Source of the DNA: Selaginella moellendorffii
Taxonomy: Eukaryota > Plantae > Lycopodiophyta
Length of the DNA stretch: 64,000 nucleotides
Direction of reading: 5' to 3'
Assembly: GCF_000143415.4 (NCBI RefSeq)
Contig: NW_003314266.1
Span: forward strand, 2,947,964-3,011,963
Part shown: piece after piece, positions 56,901 to 64,000 of the stretch
How the letters are laid out: every line of letters begins with the position of its first letter
Position numbering within the stretch: position 1 is the first letter of the stretch
Program-made: the position numbers and the translations under genes
Notes under the pieces: generated by a model
Databases searched by the model: none
Told to the model about the DNA's origin: nothing
Seen by the model: only the letters and a program-made list of their open reading frames with translations

Positions 56901-58801
56901 GCTGAGTCTGTGATGGACTGCAAAAAACCTTTTTCTTCGTATACTTGATCACTGGTTGTACCTTGTCCTCTCTCCTTCGTTTCTTGCATTTTATTTCTTG
57001 CATCGTGAGCTACCTGTCGTCCCTTGTTGCTCGTGTCGTCGGCTTTTTGCCTCGCCTGATCACCAAACTCTTGGCCTTTCTCCCGAGCTGCCTGCGATGT
57101 TCTATCAGCGGTGTCCTTCATTCTGTCCCGGATCTCCCGTCCTTCCTCTGATTCACCCGAAAGAAACGCAGTTGCTGAGTCTGTGATGGACTGCAAAAAA
57201 CCTTTCTCTTCGTGAACTTGATCACTGGCTGTACCTTGTCCTCTCTCTTTCATGTCTTGCATTTTATCCCGTGCATCGTGAGCTACTTGTCGGCCTTTGT
57301 TGCTAACCTCGTCCACTTTCTGCTTCACTTGATCGCCATACTCTTGGCCTTTCTGTGACACTCCACTTGCAGTGTCTTGGGCTTTTTGCTTCGTTTCGTC
57401 GATAGTGCTTCTGGTTTTGCCTCTAAACTCCCGTCCTTGTTCGGATTCACCCGTCACAAATCCAGCTACAGAATCTGCCATGGATTGGAGGAAACCTTTG
57501 CCTTCGTTCCCTTTCTCTCTCGCTTCATCCGCAACCTGACGTCCTGTGCGTCTTGCTTCGTCCGCGTGACTGCCAACTTTCTCTTTCGTTTGATCCAGTA
57601 CTTGCTCGCCTTTTTGCTTTGTTTCGTGAGAAGCCTCTCTAGCTTCTTTGGACGTTTGATCCACGGCTTGCTGACCTCTGTGCTTTGCCTCGTTAGAAGT
57701 CTCCTTTGCTTTGTCTGCGGCATCTCTTGACAGTTGCTTGTTTCCTTCCACTGCTTGCTGGCCTTTGTTCTTGGTTTCGTGAGAAGTCTCTTTCGCTTTC
57801 CCCGCAGCGTCTCCTGCGACTTGCTTGCCTCGCTCAGCAGCGTCTTCGTGTCCTATGCTTCCTCCCTCGGGTTTTGACGTAGCCGACGAGATCGCCTCGG
57901 CTGCTTTGTCATACGCTGCCAGGAGAAATCCTCGCTGAAACCAGCCTTCTCCTTCTCCGCCCCGTCTCTCCTCGGCTTCCCGTGCTGCCTGGTGTGCCGC
58001 TGCCGCTTGCTCGCTGGCCTTGTTCTTCGTGCTCTCGTAAGCACTTCTGGCCCGCTCTTGTCCCTCTCCAATCCTCTCCTGTGCGGCCACCTTTTGCTCG
58101 CCGGCTTTGTTCTTTGCATTCTCGTAAGCGTTGCTGGCTCGCTCTTGTCCCTCCCCAATGCTCTCCTGCGCCGCCACCTTCTTCTCGCTAGCCTTGATCT
58201 TTGCATTCTCGTAGAGATTCCTGGCTCGCTCTTGTCCCTCCCCAATAGTTTCCTGTGCTGCTATCTTTTGCTCCTTGGCCTTGCTCTTGACGTTCTCGTA
58301 TGCTGACTTTGTTTTCTCTTTGGCTCCAGAGTAGCTCTCCTGTGCGTCGTCCTTTGCTATCCCGAGAGCTGCTCCAAGGCCCTGGCTCAGAGCTTGAGCT
58401 GCCTCTCTCGCTTTCGCTAGGCTGTAACGACGACACAACTTACACAGTGTAAGCAAACGCTTGATCTCTCTTCGCTACTTTCCAAACTCAAAGAATGAAT
58501 CTCAGCGCAGGATGATCAAGCAGGCAAACTTCTCGAGATCGAGCAATACGGTCCAAGGAGATCGAAGATTTACGCAGTGTAAGAAAACGCTTGATATCTA
58601 TACTTGCAAACTCTAAGGATGCATCTCATCGCAGGATGATCAATCAGGCAAACTTTTCTAGGAGGAGCAACGCGATCCAAGGAAAAGAATTTGATCGAGA
58701 AAAGAGAAGATTTACCCCTCACTTCCAGCGTTCTTGGCGTCTCCAAAATGCTGCCGCGGGTCTCGATCTTTACTGCGATGTTCTCGATCGTCGTCCGCCA
58801 T
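53999..58801 (-). CDS. Very large hydrophilic LEA (group 3/LEA_4-like) repeat protein, interrupted by an assembly gap and local frameshifts
   Basis: Exon 1 58801-58716 (MADDDREH...), intron 58422-58715, then >1000 codons rich in A/K/E/Q/D/R with 11/22-mer periodicity and recurring GFLQSITDSVTAFVTGES motif. Further short introns near 55200 and 54800. Confidence 0.8.
55583..56001. other. Assembly gap inside the LEA repeat array
   Basis: Run of N. Confidence 1.
58445..58685. repeat. ~130-bp diverged tandem duplication inside LEA intron 1
   Basis: CAGTGTAAG.AAACGCTTGAT...CGCAGGATGATCAA.CAGGCAAACTT...TCCAAGGA occurs at ~58445 and ~58575. Confidence 0.85.
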
Positions 58802-58891
58802 TCTTGTTCGTTCGTTTTCTTCCCTCTTCTATTCTTTTTACTCTCCAGGGGATGAAATTCTCGAGTCACGACTGTTTGTCATGCGTGGCCT

Positions 58892-58958
58892 CCACGTCAG
58901 CCTTTTATAATCAACACGTGTACTTTGTTTTTTACGCGTGTCTTCCACGTGGACGTGT
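58892..58958. promoter_or_regulatory. ABRE/G-box/CE3 cluster and TATA box in the LEA-PPR divergent promoter
   Basis: CCACGTCA 58892, TATAAA (minus) 58904-58909, ACACGTGT 58914-58921, ACGCGTGTC 58934-58942, CCACGTGG 58945-58952, ACGTGT 58953-58958. Confidence 0.8.
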
Positions 58959-58976
58959 GAGGGCAAATGCTCTTGA

Positions 58977-61292
58977 ATGCTCAGGAAGGCGGGGAAGGTG
59001 CTGAGGTATGGTGTGTCGGGATTCTTGCGTTTCGCGTCCGATCTAGCGGCTTTCGATCCAGACAAGCGCATAATCCCGAGCGCCGGCCTGCGAGAAGCGC
59101 TAGATCACATCGGCGCCCGCGGCGACGAGCTCGACAGCGCCTACGCTGCTTTCCTCCGGAAATGTGGTGAATCCGGGGCGGCGGCGGATGCGAAGCTCAT
59201 CCACGAGCACGCGATCGCCAGCGGCCGTGACAGGGGGACGTTTTTTGGGAATGTCTTGGTCCAGATCTATGGGAGGTGTGGGGATTTGGCCGCGGCGCAG
59301 GCAGCGTTTGCGAGAATCTGGCACAAGAATGTCTACTCGTGGAACATCGCCATCGCGGCATTTGCCAACAACGGGCATTTCGAGGACGCGGTGGCAATGT
59401 TCTATGAGATGGATGCGCAGCCAAACAGGGTCACATTCCTCGCAGTTCTTGGGGCGTGCTCCAATCTGCGAGACCTGGAAGAGGCCAAGAGGATCCACTC
59501 GCACGTCACGCATCATCGCCAAAACGCCGTGGATGAGGATGTGGTACTTTGCAATGCTCTCATCCACACGTATGGGAAGTGTGGGAGCGCCGAGGATGGC
59601 AAGGCGGTGTTTGACAGGATGTGGAGGAGGGACGTCGTGTCTTGGACATCGATGATCGGCTGCTACGCTCAAGACGAGCGGTATGGAGCTCAAGCGCTAG
59701 AGCTCTTCCACAGGATGGACGTGAGGCCGACAGAGATAACTTTCGTGAGCGCGCTGGATGCGTGCTCTTCGCTGGGGGATATCGAAGAAGGAAGGAGGAT
59801 TCACGCTGGGATCATAGCTGCCGGGTTCCAGTCACAGGTTTTCGCTGGAAAAACTCTGGGGAACGCGCTGGTTAATATGTATGGGAAGTGTGGGAGCCTG
59901 GAGGATGCTCGAGCGGTGTTTGATAGAATGGAGCACAGGGACTTGGCTGGATGGAATGCCATGGTTGGAGCTTACGCTCAGCATGGATATGGAGGTGGAG
60001 CTGTTCATACATTCCATCTCATGGACCTGGATGGAGTGAAGGCCAACAACATCACTTTTACGTCGCTCCTGACCGGTTGTTCGGGAAAAGAGATGCTTTC
60101 GGTGGGATCCGAGCTCCAGGATCGTGTGCTAGCTTGCGGCACCGAGGCAGACATCATATTGCAAAACACTTTCATCACTGCGTATAGCAAGTGTGGAAGT
60201 TTGGAGGCTGCCCGGCGAGCCTTCGACACAATGCCAAGAAGAAACACCCCGTCTTGGAACGCCATCATCGGGGCGTGCGTCCAGCACGGGCAAATGGACG
60301 GGGCTCTCCGCTACTTCCATCGCATGGACGTGCAGCAGGACGAGGTAACTTTCATCAATGCTCTTGGAGCTTGCTGTGACGCTGAATATCTGGCAGAGGG
60401 AGCAGCCATTCACGGGCGAGTCCTTACCGGGGGATTCGAGCAGGACCCGGTCGTGGGCTCGGCTCTCGTCAACATGTACAGCAAATGCGGTAGCCTGGAG
60501 AGCGCAAGGTCCGTCTTTGATCGACTCACCTGGAAGACGGTCGTCTCGTGGACAGCGATGATAGAGGCATACGTGCAGCTTGGCCACGGAAGTGAGGCTT
60601 TGAAGCTGTTCCAGCGGATGGAGGTAGAGGGCTGCAAGGCCAACGACATAACCTTCATCAGCGTCCTCGGAGCCTGCACTGCCGCTGGAAACTTCTTGCA
60701 GGGGAAGGCAATCCAATCGCGAGTTGTGGCTTCCGACGTGATACTGGTGGCACTCGTCAATCTCTACGGAAAGTGTGGGAAGTTTGGAGCAGCTCGGGAG
60801 CTGTTTGACAGGATGAAGCTCAAGCCCGTGGTTGCATGGAACGCGATGCTCTCGGCCTACTCTCAGCAGGGACAGGGGGTGGAGACACTGTCACTGTTCC
60901 ATAGCATGATCCTGGATGGCGTTGAACCGAACAGCGTCACTTTTATGAGCCTCTTCCCCGGATGCAGTCACGAGGGGCTCGTGGACAGATCCTGGGACTA
61001 CTTCCGGTCCATGAGCTTCGACCACGGAGTCACGCCAACACCGGAGGTTTACGGGGCGATGGTCGATCTTCTGGCACGCCAAGGCGACCTGGACGATTCA
61101 GAGGACTTGATCAACAGCATGCCATTTCATGCCGATGTCGTGGCATGGACAGCACTTCTCGGCGCCTGTAAGACTTTTTTCGACGCCGAGCGTGGAGTCC
61201 GAGTTGCAACTAGTGCCATGGAGCTGGATCAAGTGGTGCCCGCCCCGTACTCGCTTCTCACAAGTATCTTCTCCGGCGACGCGGACGAGTGA
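58977..61292 (+). CDS. PLS-class PPR protein with E domain, no DYW
   Basis: Intronless 771 aa. Regular P-L-S triplets; VAWTALLGAC..PYSLL ending. Confidence 0.93.
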   Translation: MLRKAGKVLRYGVSGFLRFASDLAAFDPDKRIIPSAGLREALDHIGARGDELDSAYAAFLRKCGESGAAADAKLIHEHAIASGRDRGTFFGNVLVQIYGRCGDLAAAQAAFARIWHKNVYSWNIAIAAFANNGHFEDAVAMFYEMDAQPNRVTFLAVLGACSNLRDLEEAKRIHSHVTHHRQNAVDEDVVLCNALIHTYGKCGSAEDGKAVFDRMWRRDVVSWTSMIGCYAQDERYGAQALELFHRMDVRPTEITFVSALDACSSLGDIEEGRRIHAGIIAAGFQSQVFAGKTLGNALVNMYGKCGSLEDARAVFDRMEHRDLAGWNAMVGAYAQHGYGGGAVHTFHLMDLDGVKANNITFTSLLTGCSGKEMLSVGSELQDRVLACGTEADIILQNTFITAYSKCGSLEAARRAFDTMPRRNTPSWNAIIGACVQHGQMDGALRYFHRMDVQQDEVTFINALGACCDAEYLAEGAAIHGRVLTGGFEQDPVVGSALVNMYSKCGSLESARSVFDRLTWKTVVSWTAMIEAYVQLGHGSEALKLFQRMEVEGCKANDITFISVLGACTAAGNFLQGKAIQSRVVASDVILVALVNLYGKCGKFGAARELFDRMKLKPVVAWNAMLSAYSQQGQGVETLSLFHSMILDGVEPNSVTFMSLFPGCSHEGLVDRSWDYFRSMSFDHGVTPTPEVYGAMVDLLARQGDLDDSEDLINSMPFHADVVAWTALLGACKTFFDAERGVRVATSAMELDQVVPAPYSLLTSIFSGDADE

Positions 61293-61916
61293 GAGCCAGT
61301 GGTGGAAAGTCGAGGCAAGCCTAAGATCTTTCAGTACTGTGCTGATAACTTTGTCGGCTATCTACAGGAAAATACTTCGTCAGCACAGTACTTAGTCGGC
61401 CTTACGTCTAATCGTTAAGTCTTTCCAGTTGATAAAGGTAAGAGGGATTTCTCTCTTTCTTCACCTTCCCTTCCGATCTTTGTAACTAGTGTTTCCGGTA
61501 CCACGGACTGGAAGTGGCTGGAAGCTTCATTTGGGGTATGTGTCAACAGCGCCTATTCAATCTTTCCTGGACCCGCCTTTGCAATAACACGTTGAGTGCC
61601 GGTCGGGCGTTGCTTTCGTGGATCCTGAGATGAACGGTGGGACACGCCACAGTACGAAATGAAGGATAACTTCTTTATGGTCGGCCTCTGCTCGAGTACG
61701 TAAAATTACAAACACATTTTCTTCATCTTGCTCACGGTTTTCTTTCTGTTTTTATTCGTGCTTAGGAAATCCATCTCGCTCGTGACTCTTCGATTGCATT
61801 TCTACAAACAACTTTTGTTTGTACTTCATGGTAGTACTTTGTCTTCCCCCTGTAATGCATGATCTACTGACACCCCCTCACCTTTTATGTTGTTTCTCGG
61901 GCACTGCAAATCTTGC

Positions 61917-63205
61917 CTAGATGCTCTTGAGGAGCAGAGTCTCAACCGTGAGGCCGGGGCCGAAACCGAGCATCACACCCCACTTCAATCCGTCCCCGGT
62001 GGTATCCTTGTTGAGCTCCACGGACCGCTTCCTCATCTGGTCGAGAACAAAGAGAACAGAGGCGCTCGACATGTTTCCATACTGTGCTAGCACGTCGCGA
62101 GTGGCCTGCATCCGGTCCTTGTCGAGCTTGAGCTTGGCCTCTACCTGATCGAGAATCGCGGGACCTCCGGGATGGACCACCCAGAACAAGTCAGTGTAGG
62201 CCGGGCTCGCCTCGTCCACGCTCTTGACATAGTCGAGAGGCTCTGCCAGCAGCTTCTCGATGTTCTTGGAGATGATGCCGGGGACGTCCTTGAGGAGGTG
62301 GAAGACGAGGCCGGCCTCGCGCAGGTGTCCCAGGATTGCTCCATCACTGTCGGGAAGAACGCACTGTCCGCTCCAGTGGACTTCAAACAGTGGCTTCTCA
62401 ACGGGAGTGGGACTGGAGCCGATGATGAGAGCCGCGGCGCCATCGCCAAACAGAGCCGAGCCGACCAGTCCGTCGAGGTGCGTCTCGGACGGAGCCCGGA
62501 AGGTGACCGCCGTGACTTCGCTGCATGCAACGAGGACTCGAGCTCCGGGGTTGTTCTCGGCCAGATCCTTGGCGACTCTGGTGACGGTGGCACCGGCGAA
62601 GCAGCCCTGCTGGTAGAGCATGACGCGCTTGACGTTCGGGCGGAGGCCGAGGAGCTTGAGGAGCTGGAAGTCGGCCCCAGGCATGTCGACCCCGCTGGTG
62701 GTGCCGAAGACCAAGTGCGTGATTCTCGACTTTGGCTGCCCCCACTCCTTGATCGCCTTGAGGGCCGCCTCCTTGGCCAGCTTTGGAACCTCCCGCACCG
62801 CGATGTCCTGCCTCACGTCCAGCGACGCCTCCATGTACGTGCACATCCCCGGGTTGGCCTTGAGGATCTCCTCGTCCAGGTAAAAATGTCTCTTTTTTAT
62901 GCCTGACCTGTCACCTGCAATGCGCAGAAACGAAATCCAGGGACGACGTGATCAGAAGCGAGAAGCTTTGCTACGAAGAAACGAGATTTTTCTACGTGAG
63001 CGGGGAATGCCGGGACCGGGCATCCGAGGGTGGAGGACTTACAGATGCGCTGGAACTTGCCCTTGAGCTCCACCTTTTCATTGCAATTGGTGACGTTGAA
63101 GAAGAAGTCGGGGTACGTGCTCTGGTCGAACTCTTTTGGCGGAACCGCGGTGCCGACGGCCAGGACTGTGGCCTTTCCACTGCTCTGGAAATCCTGGATC
63201 GTCAT
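61917..63205 (-). CDS. CHS: Chalcone synthase / type III polyketide synthase, single intron 62915-63042
   Basis: Intron splits the conserved Cys codon. Catalytic QQGCFAG, HPGG, GNMSS; LFGDG, GHLRE, GFGPG. TATA at ~63440-63445. Confidence 0.93.
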
Positions 63206-64000
63206 GATCGTCTTTCCTGTTCGACCGAGTCGAGTTAGCGAGGAAAGAAGGAACGAACGAACGAACGAACCAGCAACGAAGAGCTCGCAAACTCTCGGAA
63301 GCAAGCAGCGCAGGCGCTAGAGCTTTGGTTTTTCTTCTTCCTTTTGGTTCTCAAGTTGTGAGTTTGAGAAGAGGAGAGAAAAGCGCAGAAGAGGAAGAAA
63401 AAACCACTGTGATCTTGCCGAGAGTAAACGACCCCTCTCTTTATAGCGACGAAACGTTGTGTATCTCGGATCAGTATTACAGGCAAAGTTGTCTTTGCCT
63501 ATAATCAACGACTAAATCAACGACTAACAAAAAGGAGATAGGTGAGACGGCATTTTCAAGCCTACTCGTAGGCATCTTGTCCACTGCTCGAGACTCTGGT
63601 GAAAACGAAACCCAAGCTAAAGAAACCTTGCTTGCTCGCCAAAGCAAATCCTCAACCTGTCAGTCAGCCAAAAGGTTGACAAAATCCAATCTCTCTCTCT
63701 CTCTCTCGGGAAAATGGTGTTTGGCAGAGAGGCACGCCCATGCGATCCTCTCTTTTTGCGTGTTCGCGGTCCATAAAAGCGCCCAGGCCCCCACTTTGTG
63801 TTGCAAAGGGCCGCTTGTCACTCCCGGAGGGCCTGCCTTGAACTCCCTTCCTTCCCCTCTCGCCGCCAGTGACGCACGTAAGTATGTGAGCAAGAGTGAA
63901 AGCGCACTGCTTCGACGCGGACGCTTGTGGCTCGCAGAGTTCCAGAGTTTCTATTCGCGCTTGGGCTGGTGTGTCTCACGCTGGATCAGCTGAGGAGCGA

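Noticed and set aside
41660-63205. CHS + acyltransferase as a biosynthetic gene cluster
   Set aside because: About 19 kb apart, separated by unrelated genes, with no tailoring enzymes visible; the CHS active-site residues look canonical.

Overview
Eukaryotic plant genomic DNA with very short introns (about 45-130 nt), near-zero intergenic spacing and many intronless PLS/DYW PPR genes. This pattern fits a lycophyte such as Selaginella (inferred, not proven). GC-rich gene islands alternate with AT-rich, CpG-depleted blocks of decayed transposon-like DNA (about 470-8300, 11186-11900, 22690-27540, 30350-33300). Genes in order: truncated FGAM-synthase fragment; a tandem duplication of [AT-rich secreted unknown-domain + GNA/bulb-lectin gene + PPR gene], in which the first PPR copy is a pseudogene; ASY4-like meiotic axis gene; nuclear-encoded mitochondrial rpL14; oligopeptidase A (OOP); PPR-DYW; CRINKLY4-family receptor kinase flanked by inverted repeats; PPR-DYW; TIMELESS; HxxxD acyltransferase-like gene; PPR; IDM1-like PHD-GNAT; pectin methylesterase; DUF3007; ankyrin-BTB; LRRC46-like; a giant LEA gene; PPR; chalcone synthase. 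The most notable signals are: (1) PPR editing-factor ORFs docked directly behind the stop codons of unrelated host genes, including a zero-gap in-frame TAG|ATG junction behind TIMELESS, suggesting a polycistronic or hitch-hiking expression mode; (2) the intact, very AT-rich novel-domain lectin duplicates; (3) a TIR-like-flanked receptor kinase; (4) a P-element-like transposase relic; (5) convergent genes with overlapping stop codons.
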